IMG/VR virus record: IMGVR_UViG_3300045988_131275
Span: 116,170-180,169 of that record
Reading direction: 5' to 3' (one strand)
Length of the DNA stretch: 64,000 nucleotides
Source of the DNA: a virus
The translations under genes were made by a program, and so were the position numbers. Positions 8,037 to 16,668 of the stretch are shown piece by piece. The notes below the pieces were generated by a model, which saw only the letters and a program-made list of their open reading frames with translations, ran no database searches and was not told the origin of the DNA. How positions within the stretch are numbered: position 1 is the first letter of the stretch; every line of letters begins with the position of its first letter.

Positions 8037-8396
8037 TTAAATTTCATCTACAATTTTCTTTCCACAAATCGGACAATAACCAATCTTTATCTTTTTGCTA
8101 AATGCATCTTCTCCGAAATCATAACCACAACAAGATGTTACTCCATCTTCAACTGTTGTAGTATCTTTCATATCTAAATTACGTTTATAATTTTTATAAA
8201 CTCTATCCCATAAAGATTTCAAATAGTTTTCTGCATCGACTTTCGCTTCATCAATATTTGACGATTTCATTTTTACTTTTAATCCTGTTGCCGAATCTGT
8301 TAATTGAAAATCTTTATATCTTAATACTGCAACATTTTCACTAATTCCATTAATAAATAAAGCACTATTTTCTTCATAATCTTTCCATCTAAACAT
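8037..8396 (-). CDS. hypothetical protein with C-terminal zinc ribbon
   Basis: ORF track. CCGYDF...YCPICGKK. Confidence 0.6.
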   Translation of the reverse strand: MFRWKDYEENSALFINGISENVAVLRYKDFQLTDSATGLKVKMKSSNIDEAKVDAENYLKSLWDRVYKNYKRNLDMKDTTTVEDGVTSCCGYDFGEDAFSKKIKIGYCPICGKKIVDEI

Positions 8397-9723
8397 AATA
8401 TTTCCTCTATCTTGAAACTATTCTTCTATCGTATCATTTATAAATACGTTCATAGTAAATCATGTAACTTACGCTACATTTATAACTATAGGCGTTAGAA
8501 TAGCCTCTATCCCATATCGACTAATCGCATTTGGAAATGCTTTCTTCATAATCTGAAATGATCCATTTACATCGCTATTAATTAACAATCCAGAATTACT
8601 TTTGAATAAGCCTCTTTGAATACGTCTATTCTTATTATAATTCTCTTTAATTGGATTTTCTTCATCTAAGAAACTCGTTCCAGATGTATAACCTTCTTCT
8701 TGTTCAATATAATTAATTCCAACATTTTCACACTTATATTTAAGTTGTCGTAATAATATTTGGTATGGAATCATTATAAAATTCTGATTAGATTTTTTAC
8801 TCATTATGGATTCTTGTTTCCATTTGTCATTTTTTCCAACAATTAATGTATCTATATTATTTTCAATACACCAATTTATAATATAATGACTTGTATTGTG
8901 CATATAATTCTTAATTCTTTGAAATCTCTTAAAAGTAATTATATCTAATTTCTTTGACCAATCTTTATTGTGCCGTATCTTCAATAATGATTTCTCTTTC
9001 GCAAGTCTCTTATTATAATACTGATTTATGCTTTTGACTCCCTTGCCGTTAATAATAATTGGATTTGATCCGATATTATTTGTCATAGTTACAAGATTAT
9101 TTACGCCTAAATCAATAGCTACTATATTTTTTGATTCTTTATTTATATCGGGAATTTCTATTTCATAGACAATTTCCATTACATAACAAGAGCCTTTTGG
9201 AATAAATCTAACTTGAATTATTCTACCTAAACAACGACATTTCCATTCATAATCATTTACTAAACGATTACTTATATGAATCGTCCCCTTTTCATAATTA
9301 TAATGAAGTTGATTATTTGGAATCATCCAAAGGAATCTCCCATCTTTTTTAAGATATTTAGGTAATTTTGGTATACCTAGATATTTAGATGGATTCCTCT
9401 TCCAATCTTTAATTGCCACAAAATAAGACTTCCAATTTTTATCTAACAACCTCAATGTGCAATTTGCTGGTTGACTAAATGTAAGTTTATAATTTTCATG
9501 TGTTTTAAATTCTTTATTCATATCATAGTAACTTATATATTTGTTATTATTTATAAATTCCTGTCGTAATACATAGTTTGCTTCGTTATATAAATTCTTG
9601 GAATGAAAACACTGTTGATCTATAACTTTAAATTTAGGATGATTCCTTTTAATTATTATTTGTTCACATCTTTGTATTTTTATATTTTATGCACATCCTT
9701 TCGTGTAAAATTATATTACCACC
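8397..9723 (-). mobile_element. IS200/IS605-family (IS1341-like) solo-tnpB element, ends not defined
   Basis: tnpB without a neighbouring Y1 tnpA, wedged between two short phage genes. The boundaries are simply the flanking intergenic limits. Confidence 0.45.
8469..9521 (-). CDS. tnpB: TnpB (IS605 OrfB-type RuvC-like RNA-guided nuclease), 5' end apparently damaged
   Basis: RuvC triad contexts IAIDLGVNNL (D), EEGYTSGTSFLD (E) and NSDVNGSFQIMKKA (D). Another 55 family-typical codons (..CFHSKNLYNEANYVLRQEF..) are in frame upstream (9522-9686) but contain no ATG/GTG/TTG. Confidence 0.8.
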   Translation of the reverse strand: MNKEFKTHENYKLTFSQPANCTLRLLDKNWKSYFVAIKDWKRNPSKYLGIPKLPKYLKKDGRFLWMIPNNQLHYNYEKGTIHISNRLVNDYEWKCRCLGRIIQVRFIPKGSCYVMEIVYEIEIPDINKESKNIVAIDLGVNNLVTMTNNIGSNPIIINGKGVKSINQYYNKRLAKEKSLLKIRHNKDWSKKLDIITFKRFQRIKNYMHNTSHYIINWCIENNIDTLIVGKNDKWKQESIMSKKSNQNFIMIPYQILLRQLKYKCENVGINYIEQEEGYTSGTSFLDEENPIKENYNKNRRIQRGLFKSNSGLLINSDVNGSFQIMKKAFPNAISRYGIEAILTPIVINVA

Positions 9724-9804
9724 TTATAAATCTAGTAACGCAGCTATAATTACCACTACAAATCCAAAACAAGCAATACATCCTAATGTATATACATATC
9801 CCAT
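9724..9804 (-). CDS. 26-aa hydrophobic micro-protein (family member A)
   Basis: AGGAGA SD, then ATG at 9804. MGYVYTLGCIACFGFVVVIIAALLDL. Paralogs at 10169..10243 and 13945..14013. Confidence 0.5.
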   Translation of the reverse strand: MGYVYTLGCIACFGFVVVIIAALLDL

Positions 9805-9811
9805 TCTCCTT

Positions 9812-10150
9812 TTAAATTATTCTACATTTATTATATTCATCTTCTGTAAGTAAACCTTCATCGTACATATCTTCAAGTGTTCTAAATACCGCAAAAGCTC
9901 TTCTACTTAACCAACAGAATCCATCAAATTCACCTATAAGTGCATCTGTATTTTCTTCTTCTTGCTTCTGTAATTTTATTGCTATGTCACTCTCACGAAA
10001 GAAAAATGCTTTATATTTAGCAGCTTTGATTCTTAATATTTCTATTTCGTATTCTTGTGAAATTAATTCCCGTTGAGCATCTAATAATTTCAATCCTGCA
10101 CTTTCTAATGGACTGTTCTCAATTCTATTCTTAAAATATTTGTCATTCAT
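9812..10150 (-). CDS. hypothetical protein
   Basis: ORF track, leftward array. Confidence 0.6.
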   Translation of the reverse strand: MNDKYFKNRIENSPLESAGLKLLDAQRELISQEYEIEILRIKAAKYKAFFFRESDIAIKLQKQEEENTDALIGEFDGFCWLSRRAFAVFRTLEDMYDEGLLTEDEYNKCRII

Positions 10151-10168
10151 AATTATCCTCCAATTATA

Positions 10169-10243
10169 TTAACTTAACAGTGCAATAATAAATACCGCAA
10201 TTCCTACATATGCAATTATACATCCTAAAGTGTACATATTCAT
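10169..10243 (-). CDS. 24-aa hydrophobic micro-protein (family member B)
   Basis: GGAGGA SD, then ATG at 10243. MNMYTLGCIIAYVGIAVFIIALLS. Confidence 0.5.
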   Translation of the reverse strand: MNMYTLGCIIAYVGIAVFIIALLS

Positions 10244-10253
10244 TCCTCCAATA

Positions 10254-10808
10254 TCATTTATAAATATTACTTGTAATATGAACAGTCGCATAATATGTTC
10301 TTCCAATCTCTTTTGCGATTTCCACATTACCCTTATTCTGTTTCATAAGAACTTTAATTCTTCTTCGTTCTTCTGGTGTGATCTTATTTCTATGCCTTTC
10401 TGGTATGTACGAATTTTTTATACTACACATCCAATCTGGCTCTGGTAATATAGAACCAGCTTCATATTTACGCCAGTTGATTTCTGTTTTATGATTTTTC
10501 GCCCATTCCCAAAAGTTATCAGGATCAATCAGATATCGTGTCGAATTGGATACTTTAAACTTCTTACATGGAAGTTCTAACTTTTCAATCCATCTGATCA
10601 CAACAGATACGTCACAATTGAATGCTTTTGCTATTGTTTTAGCAGCAAGGCATTCTCCGCAGTAATGATTAAGACCTAATTTCCTCGCCTTATGTTTAAC
10701 AGATGATACACTTCTGTTCAAAAATTTTGCTGTAGTTTCAACTGATTGATATAGATACCTTCTATACATATAAGTTTCCTCATCTTTTGTCCATTCTCTT
10801 CTTCCCAT
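10254..10808 (-). CDS. putative HTH DNA-binding protein
   Basis: ORF track. N-terminus WTKDEETYMYRRYLYQSVETTAKFLNRSVSSVKHKARKLGL resembles a Myb/sigma-region-4-like HTH. Confidence 0.6.
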   Translation of the reverse strand: MGRREWTKDEETYMYRRYLYQSVETTAKFLNRSVSSVKHKARKLGLNHYCGECLAAKTIAKAFNCDVSVVIRWIEKLELPCKKFKVSNSTRYLIDPDNFWEWAKNHKTEINWRKYEAGSILPEPDWMCSIKNSYIPERHRNKITPEERRRIKVLMKQNKGNVEIAKEIGRTYYATVHITSNIYK

Positions 10809-10835
10809 ACAATACCTCTTAAAACCTAATATAAT

Positions 10836-10991
10836 TCACCTATGCAACATTTCCCTCAACCATACGTTAAAATTGAAGTTCTCCATATTTTCTTCTCTTT
10901 CTGTATAATTTCCATTATAATTACGGAAACAGTTTCCAGAATCACGTTTGTCTTTATCCCAACATGATACGTGCTTATTTGTCCTTTTCAT
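10836..10991 (-). CDS. small hypothetical protein (51 aa)
   Basis: Not in track. Its ATG overlaps the upstream stop as ATGA. MKRTNKHVSCWDKDKRDSGNCF... Confidence 0.4.
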   Translation of the reverse strand: MKRTNKHVSCWDKDKRDSGNCFRNYNGNYTEREENMENFNFNVWLREMLHR

Positions 10992-11206
10992 TCTTTCTTC
11001 ACCTCTTCCATCAGATATGACAGTCCTTTACTATGGTGGCAGTTGAACCAATCATATACTTCATTTTTATTAGTTCCTTTTGAAAATGCATACCATGCAG
11101 TTTTAAGATTTCCGTTACGATCAACAGGAACGCTCTGAAATTTTTTCCATAATGCTTCTACATTTTTATCAATCGTGTCTTGTAATGTTAATTCTATTTC
11201 TTCCAT
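10988..11206 (-). CDS. hypothetical protein
   Basis: ORF track, leftward array. Confidence 0.6.
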   Translation of the reverse strand: MEEIELTLQDTIDKNVEALWKKFQSVPVDRNGNLKTAWYAFSKGTNKNEVYDWFNCHHSKGLSYLMEEVKKE

Positions 11207-11418
11207 ATAGTTCTCCCATCATTTATGAATTTATTGTATGTTTTGCAAAAAGGATTAAAGCATCTATCTACTAACACAAATTTCCCATTAACAAAATCAA
11301 AATACTGTTTTCTGCTTTTCTGTCCGCATACATAACAATAAATCATATTATCACTCCATTCTTGATATTGAATTACAAATTTTCTTATTGAGTCTCTGAT
11401 ATATTTCCGCTGACTCAT
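11194..11418 (-). CDS. hypothetical Cys-rich protein
   Basis: ORF track. CYVCGQ...CFNPFC. Confidence 0.55.
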   Translation of the reverse strand: MSQRKYIRDSIRKFVIQYQEWSDNMIYCYVCGQKSRKQYFDFVNGKFVLVDRCFNPFCKTYNKFINDGRTIWKK

Positions 11419-11557
11419 CTAATGCTTTAATTACAGATGTTTCACATGTTAATTTTTCTGCTTTGTAAACATTGTCAATTAAACAAATCAAACCATTTGA
11501 TAAAATACTTATTTCCTTTGATGTAAGTTCCAATTTGATTTTTCCATTATTATTCAT
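11351..11557 (-). CDS. hypothetical protein
   Basis: ORF track. Overlaps the start of 11194..11418, so the true extent is uncertain. Confidence 0.5.
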   Translation of the reverse strand: MNNNGKIKLELTSKEISILSNGLICLIDNVYKAEKLTCETSVIKALDESAEIYQRLNKKICNSISRME

Positions 11558-11605
11558 ATTTTCTCCTTTTCTGAAATCATCATTTCATTAACCTAAATAA
11601 TGTTC

Positions 11606-11968
11606 TCAATCTTTCATTAAGAAGTAATCAGCACCTTCCACATATCTCTGTGCGTTTATATTTTCAATAATCTGTTCCTTTGTAATTCCATAGTCTACAC
11701 ACTGTTCAAGATCAGCTCCATTATCGCAAAGTTTAAAATACGTTACTATATATTTCCCATTTGGTAATTCATTTTCATTCTGAATTTCATCAATATATCC
11801 TTCCATATCTTCATATAAAGCAGACCTTTCACAACGATGAAAATCTGTTTCTTCATCAATATCCAATATACACTCAACATCTGTTTTTTTATAATCAACG
11901 CCCCATTCTGGATCATCATAAAAGAAATACTGTTTTCCGTCTTCTGATTTTATAATTGCTCTTTCCAT
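11606..11968 (-). CDS. hypothetical acidic protein
   Basis: ORF track, leftward array. Confidence 0.6.
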   Translation of the reverse strand: MERAIIKSEDGKQYFFYDDPEWGVDYKKTDVECILDIDEETDFHRCERSALYEDMEGYIDEIQNENELPNGKYIVTYFKLCDNGADLEQCVDYGITKEQIIENINAQRYVEGADYFLMKD

Positions 11969-12004
11969 GTTGTTCTCCTCTATCTTTCTAATAAAACTCT
12001 TGTT

Positions 12005-12352
12005 TCATTCTAATTTATCAAGTGCAGATTCTAATGTATTAAATCTGTTTTTTACATTTACATTTTCATTGAAATTATTCATTATGTGCAAAAATGCACT
12101 TTCTGAATCTATATATCTTCTGCTAAACCTTTCATGCGTTCCAATCTTTTTACCTGATACAGAAAATTTATATGGTGAATAAATATTTTCCTCTCTTCTA
12201 AATATCAATTCCCATTCACTTCCGCAAAATGTAGTGTGTCTAAGCATAACACATTGACCTTCTTTCCATGAATCACATTCTCTAATAATATTCAATACAA
12301 ATTCTTTATTCATATTATTAACATTCCTTTCTTTATAAAATATCTCTTTCAT
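12005..12352 (-). CDS. hypothetical protein
   Basis: ORF track, leftward array. Confidence 0.6.
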   Translation of the reverse strand: MKEIFYKERNVNNMNKEFVLNIIRECDSWKEGQCVMLRHTTFCGSEWELIFRREENIYSPYKFSVSGKKIGTHERFSRRYIDSESAFLHIMNNFNENVNVKNRFNTLESALDKLE

Positions 12353-12370
12353 CTATTGATTCTCTGTTAA

Positions 12371-12407
12371 TTAAAACAGGTGATACCCTTTGACAAGTAC
12401 CACCTGT
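12371..12407 (-). terminator. intrinsic terminator
   Basis: Hairpin ACAGGTG (12376-12382) / CACCTGT (12401-12407). The reverse strand continues TTTTAA. Confidence 0.5.
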
Positions 12408-12419
12408 AAGTATGTAATA

Positions 12420-13163
12420 TTATCGTTCTATATATTCCCATTCAGCAATAAAGTCAAATGCTTCATTGTAATACATAGGGTTTAAATCCTTGTAAGAACT
12501 ACATCCAAACTTTTCTTTTAACTCATTCCACATATTAATGAAATAGCTTTTAGAGTAACATTTATATTTAGTTCCATGCGCTCCATCCAGAAGTTTATTG
12601 ATTCTGTCTTTCGCTGCTTTATATAACTTCTGTTGCTGTCTAGTGGATAACGTCATATTTTCCACCATTTTGTTGAGCATTTCCGTCTGTTCTCCTAGAA
12701 GATCTTCCATTGCGTTAATCTGGACTTGCATTCCTTCAATGCGTCCTGTAAGTCCTAAATCATTATGTAATGTTTCTTTCTGTTCTTCTGTCTCATAAAA
12801 TGCCTTGTGAAGAACATCCGCAGCGTTTAATTGATATTCAAGAAGATTTTTCACCGCTTCTGGGTTTTCTCTTTTCATTGTTGGTGTTAAACGAATTTGA
12901 GCTAACCACATAGGAACGAATTTTTCCACTAAAACTAGCGTATTTCGTACCTGACCGTCAAATTTGACGGGTAGGTTTGTCCAACCATTCTCAAATAAAA
13001 CATTTGACTTCACCTTCTTAACTTCGTTATCTGATTGATTCTCATTAAGTCCAATATCAATACTTGCCTTTCTAATAGCCAACCAAACTTTTCCATCAGA
13101 TGTTCTTACACCTAAAAGTTCATCTTCTCCGAATGGGATTAATTTTACTTCCATTTCGCTCAT
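12420..13163 (-). CDS. antirepressor-like protein (P22 Ant N-terminal-type domain)
   Basis: LIPFGEDELLGVRTSDGKVWLAIRKASIDIGLNENQSDNEVKKVK..., followed by VPMWLAQI, matches the recalled P22_AR_N pattern (lpF.g..L.......G..yva.k.i...lGl....Q..kl). Confidence 0.7.
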   Translation of the reverse strand: MSEMEVKLIPFGEDELLGVRTSDGKVWLAIRKASIDIGLNENQSDNEVKKVKSNVLFENGWTNLPVKFDGQVRNTLVLVEKFVPMWLAQIRLTPTMKRENPEAVKNLLEYQLNAADVLHKAFYETEEQKETLHNDLGLTGRIEGMQVQINAMEDLLGEQTEMLNKMVENMTLSTRQQQKLYKAAKDRINKLLDGAHGTKYKCYSKSYFINMWNELKEKFGCSSYKDLNPMYYNEAFDFIAEWEYIER

Positions 13164-13235
13164 AATTGATTCCTCCTGTACTTGCGTGTTATTTAGTTCT
13201 CAATGTGCATTTGTAAAATATTGGAAATTTTCTGA

Positions 13236-13264
13236 TTGACTAACCAGTAAGAATTAGATATACT
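13236..13264 (+). promoter_or_regulatory. sigmaA-type promoter (TTGACT-17-TATACT) for the second antisense sRNA
   Basis: TTGACT at 13236-13241, 17-nt spacer, TATACT at 13259-13264. Confidence 0.6.
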
Positions 13265-13270
13265 AGAATA

Positions 13271-13341
13271 GTCAATCCGCTTTGGCGATTGATGTCTGGA
13301 AGAGGTTTGTTGCTGTGGTAGGTGCTAACCTCTTCTTTTTT
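13271..13341 (+). ncRNA. candidate ~70-nt antisense sRNA (sar-like), paralogous arrangement to 5782..5857
   Basis: Hairpin GAAGAGGTT (13299-13307) / AACCTCTTC (13327-13335), then T6. Shares CGCTTTGG with the first sRNA. Overlaps the stop of RHH gene 13340..13522. Confidence 0.5.
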
Positions 13342-13522
13342 ATTTTTCCTGTTGATATATGTCGTAGGAAATATTCTTCTTGATCTGAATTTTTCCATCA
13401 ACAAAACCTTGCATTAATACTTCTATAGCTTCATTGAGTTTAAAACCTTGTTTCTTGCATTCAGCCTTAAAAGCGTTCTGTATAGTTTCCTCAACAGGAG
13501 TTGCAAAATTCTTTCTTGCCAT
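13340..13522 (-). CDS. ribbon-helix-helix (Arc/CopG-like) DNA-binding protein
   Basis: MARKNFATPVEETIQNAFKAECKKQGFKLNEAIEVLMQGF is a paralog of 5851..6018. Confidence 0.7.
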   Translation of the reverse strand: MARKNFATPVEETIQNAFKAECKKQGFKLNEAIEVLMQGFVDGKIQIKKNISYDIYQQEK

Positions 13523-13546
13523 TGCTTTATCTCCTTTACAATTAGT

Positions 13547-13575
13547 ATATTATCATTATTTTACTTATTTGTCAA
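13547..13575 (-). promoter_or_regulatory. sigmaA-type promoter (TTGACA-17-TAATAT) driving RHH-Ant cassette 2
   Basis: Reverse strand: TTGACA (13575-13570), 17-nt spacer, TAATAT (13552-13547). Confidence 0.6.
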
Positions 13576-13669
13576 CTAGCTTTTTATTATTTCTTTACTT
13601 ATTTCCAATTCATAAGCACTATCGCAACTGCTAAAATTTCCATTCTAGCAGCCACTAACTACAAATGAA

Positions 13670-13945
13670 TCATGCTATATGTAATCCAGATACTTTCAAT
13701 AACGCTTCAAATGCATTGATTAATTCCATACGCATTCTTCTTTTAGAAGTAACACCTTTTCCACCGATTCTTATACTATCGTCCATGCGTGTTTTATATT
13801 TCTTTCCTTTAGAATCCGTAAACATATCGACTTCTTCTATTGTTCCATTATCTAATTGCATCCGCATAAATGTATGTGTATATGGTTTATTACCATCTGT
13901 ATACTCTATAAAGCTTGCCAAATTCTGCATATGTATTTCCTCCAT
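13670..13945 (-). CDS. hypothetical protein
   Basis: ORF track. Its start overlaps the micro-ORF stop (TAATG). Confidence 0.6.
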   Translation of the reverse strand: MEEIHMQNLASFIEYTDGNKPYTHTFMRMQLDNGTIEEVDMFTDSKGKKYKTRMDDSIRIGGKGVTSKRRMRMELINAFEALLKVSGLHIA

Positions 13946-14013
13946 TAACTAAATATCGCAATAATAATCAATATTGCTAGACCAATTCCCAAACAATAAC
14001 CTAATTCATACAT
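13945..14013 (-). CDS. 22-aa hydrophobic micro-protein (family member C)
   Basis: GAGGAAG SD, then ATG at 14013. MYELGYCLGIGLAILIIIAIFS. Confidence 0.5.
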   Translation of the reverse strand: MYELGYCLGIGLAILIIIAIFS

Positions 14014-14014
14014 C

Positions 14015-14452
14015 TCAATCTTCCTCTCTAATCTCATAATCACTTCCAAGAAAATGATCTATTGTATATGTTTCCACTTCTTCAATCCAGTCAGATTCTT
14101 CATATTTTCCATTTTCAAAATCAATTGCCATCTTTGCAATTTCCGTTGTCAATGCCATACTATCAACTTTTTCACTGCTTACAGGATATACAGTTCCATC
14201 TTGAACCATATCGTTATAGCATTGCATCATAAGTGCTGATGTTTCTGATATTTTCCGTTCACGTTCTGTTCTTTCTCCAAAACGAATCATTTTTAAAATT
14301 TCCAGAATCCTATTAGTATATCCATGAATACCTTCGTACATTAACCAACAATCAAGAATTTCATATTCTGTATATTTCTGTTTTATTTCCTCTAATGTTG
14401 TATAATTTGTTTCATTTATACAATTGAAGGCTTCAAGCAAAGATTTTTCCAT
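14015..14452 (-). CDS. hypothetical protein
   Basis: ORF track, leftward array. Confidence 0.6.
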   Translation of the reverse strand: MEKSLLEAFNCINETNYTTLEEIKQKYTEYEILDCWLMYEGIHGYTNRILEILKMIRFGERTERERKISETSALMMQCYNDMVQDGTVYPVSSEKVDSMALTTEIAKMAIDFENGKYEESDWIEEVETYTIDHFLGSDYEIREED

Positions 14453-14476
14453 CGTTCATTCCTCCTGTTTTTTGGT

Positions 14477-14513
14477 ATAAAAATAGCCTTATAGATTTAT
14501 TCTCTACAAGGCT
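14477..14513 (-). terminator. intrinsic terminator
   Basis: Hairpin AGCCTT..AAGGCT (14485-14513). The reverse strand continues ATTTTTAT. Confidence 0.5.
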
Positions 14514-14656
14514 ACATAGTTTCCATTATTCTATTAATTACAAAAGCCCTCAAATATTTCTATTCAAGAGCTTATCATGGGAGTTAATACCATACACATC
14601 ATTCTCAAACATCACTCCCGTATACTCTGTAAGTATATATAAATAATAGTATGTTG

Positions 14657-15199
14657 TCAATCAAAGATATATCTGATATTATCCAGATCAATCATAGTTC
14701 CATCGTCATTAATCCCTCTGAAAAAATTAAACGAGTCACCTTTCATTAACTTTGCTGTTCTAGCAAACTTTTCTAAAATTTCCTTTGAAGCTTTATCATG
14801 CCCGTTTTCTGTCCAACAATCTGTTTCAATTCCACACCAACAAACTATTATATTTTTTGGAATACTTACATAAGGCTTAAATATTTCTGGAATTAAAATT
14901 CTCTTAATTTGTGAAGGAGTCACTTTCTCTGTGATATATTTTATGTAATCATCTTTATGTATTTCAATATCTGACATTTCATGCTCTGTTGCTGAACAAT
15001 CTACTTCCAATAAAGCTGCGCCGTAGTTAGGAAATGAGTTTTGATTTTTAATGGGTGAAAATAGATATACAACAGATGTGCTATTATCACTACGTTTTCC
15101 ATCACTCCAATTATTATTTCCGCATTCATTCATGCTCAAAATTCCATTCTTACAAATGGATTCTAAGTCACAAATATCTACATTCTTATATAATATCAT
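14657..15199 (-). CDS. hypothetical protein
   Basis: ORF track. N-terminus ILYKNVDICDLESICKNGILS is only faintly reminiscent of ART/DarT-type openings, so no function is called. Confidence 0.6.
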   Translation of the reverse strand: MILYKNVDICDLESICKNGILSMNECGNNNWSDGKRSDNSTSVVYLFSPIKNQNSFPNYGAALLEVDCSATEHEMSDIEIHKDDYIKYITEKVTPSQIKRILIPEIFKPYVSIPKNIIVCWCGIETDCWTENGHDKASKEILEKFARTAKLMKGDSFNFFRGINDDGTMIDLDNIRYIFD

Positions 15200-15262
15200 A
15201 AGATTAACTCCTTCCGTTTTCTTCTATTATATCATTCCTATTTCCAATTTGAAAGATACATT

Positions 15263-15556
15263 TCATGGTATATAATCAAATTCCGCTAAACCGCCACTAT
15301 CCATCACATAAGCCTGTACAGCTTCGGTATATGTTCCATCAAAATTTCCGTTCTCTGTATCATAATCACTAACATGATCTCCAATTTCTTCTTCATAGTA
15401 TGAAAATATCATTGTGATTAAATTTTCCATTGATGTTTTTGGTGTATATCCCTGTTCTCTAATCCAGATTGCCATATAATCATAATCACATAATTTTTCT
15501 TTTGGATATGTACTATAATCTTTTTCCTCTGTCCATCTTCCGTATGTGTCTACCAT
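15263..15556 (-). CDS. hypothetical acidic protein
   Basis: ORF track, leftward array. Confidence 0.6.
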   Translation of the reverse strand: MVDTYGRWTEEKDYSTYPKEKLCDYDYMAIWIREQGYTPKTSMENLITMIFSYYEEEIGDHVSDYDTENGNFDGTYTEAVQAYVMDSGGLAEFDYIP

Positions 15557-15557
15557 T

Positions 15558-15821
15558 CTAACAAACCTCCTTCAAAAATATGAATGTACAATACTGAGTA
15601 TTATTTTTCTGATATCGTTTTAAATCTTTTATTGTTCCGTTTCCAAAATTAAAAGCACTTTTAATTCTTTCTGGTGTCCAACATAAAAACCAACCATCAT
15701 TATATTGTTTCTGTATTGTCTTTTTTGTTCCGTTGATTTCAATAGCTATACAATCATCTGGAATTTCATGTTTCCATTTCTCTAAATTAATCATTTTAAT
15801 TTCCTCCCTATGCACAAACAC
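15558..15821 (-). CDS. hypothetical protein
   Basis: ORF track, leftward array. Confidence 0.55.
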   Translation of the reverse strand: MFVHREEIKMINLEKWKHEIPDDCIAIEINGTKKTIQKQYNDGWFLCWTPERIKSAFNFGNGTIKDLKRYQKNNTQYCTFIFLKEVC

Positions 15822-16314
15822 AACAATCTAATACGTTCTTTAAACTTTCCAACTGATTCTCTGATTCTGTTCTTGCGTATTCATCCACATAGAACTGTTT
15901 TCTTTCCTGTCTGCATTCTTCCAGAATACCCTGTAACTTTATATCTGTACTGTTAATAATAACTATTTCCGCAGCTTCCCAATCCTCTACATCTTGCAAT
16001 TCTCTTTCCGCTAAATAAACGTTATATAAGTCACGTTCCTGTAACTTCTGCTCTATATCATTGTCAGGGATAGGATCATCAATCCAATTCTGCATACAGA
16101 AATGTAACAATTCTATAGATTTTCCATTGTATGTAGACATATGGAAACTATTTCCTCCGGCAATGTCATACCATGTGGTTATTTCTCCATTTGTATTTAT
16201 TTCCACAATATAGCGCAACTGAGTATTCTCAATTGCTTCTTTATACGCTTCGATTCCAGTGTTGATAATCTGTTCTTCATTCCGTTCTATTAACTCTAAC
16301 CACTCATTCATCAT
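15808..16314 (-). CDS. hypothetical acidic protein
   Basis: ORF track, leftward array. Confidence 0.6.
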   Translation of the reverse strand: MMNEWLELIERNEEQIINTGIEAYKEAIENTQLRYIVEINTNGEITTWYDIAGGNSFHMSTYNGKSIELLHFCMQNWIDDPIPDNDIEQKLQERDLYNVYLAERELQDVEDWEAAEIVIINSTDIKLQGILEECRQERKQFYVDEYARTESENQLESLKNVLDCCVCA

Positions 16315-16336
16315 GTTTACCTCCAGAAATTTTCCA

Positions 16337-16371
16337 ACAAAAAAAAGGAATCCAGTTCAAACGGATTCCTT
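16337..16371 (-). terminator. intrinsic terminator
   Basis: Hairpin AAGGAATCC (16345-16353) / GGATTCCTT (16363-16371). The reverse strand continues with a run of 8-9 T. Confidence 0.65.
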
Positions 16372-16401
16372 TAGTCATTCTCTGTTATTCTGTATTCTGT
16401 T

Positions 16402-16668
16402 TTAATTCCATTCATATCCATACTGATCACAACCGCGTCCATAAAAATAACACTGATTACCTGCACATTGATGACCATGTATTAACCCAATTGATTCCTT
16501 ATACCATTTTTGCATACAGACCATTTCAGATTTTTTAGGTTTTCCATTCTTACAATAATTATCGTTATTATGCCTAAATTCTTTTTCTTCTTTTGTTAAT
16601 GGTTTTTCTTCACAAATTTTATATCCGCCAATATTAACCCATGTAATCCTATATCTTTTCTGAGACAT
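16402..16668 (-). CDS. hypothetical protein
   Basis: ORF track, leftward array. Confidence 0.55.
   Translation of the reverse strand: MSQKRYRITWVNIGGYKICEEKPLTKEEKEFRHNNDNYCKNGKPKKSEMVCMQKWYKESIGLIHGHQCAGNQCYFYGRGCDQYGYEWN

Noticed and set aside
14657-15199. Possible DarT/ADP-ribosyltransferase-like protein
   Set aside because: Only the first ~20 residues (ILYKNVDICDLESICKNGILS) faintly resemble DUF4433-type openings. I could not identify catalytic motifs, so it is left as hypothetical.
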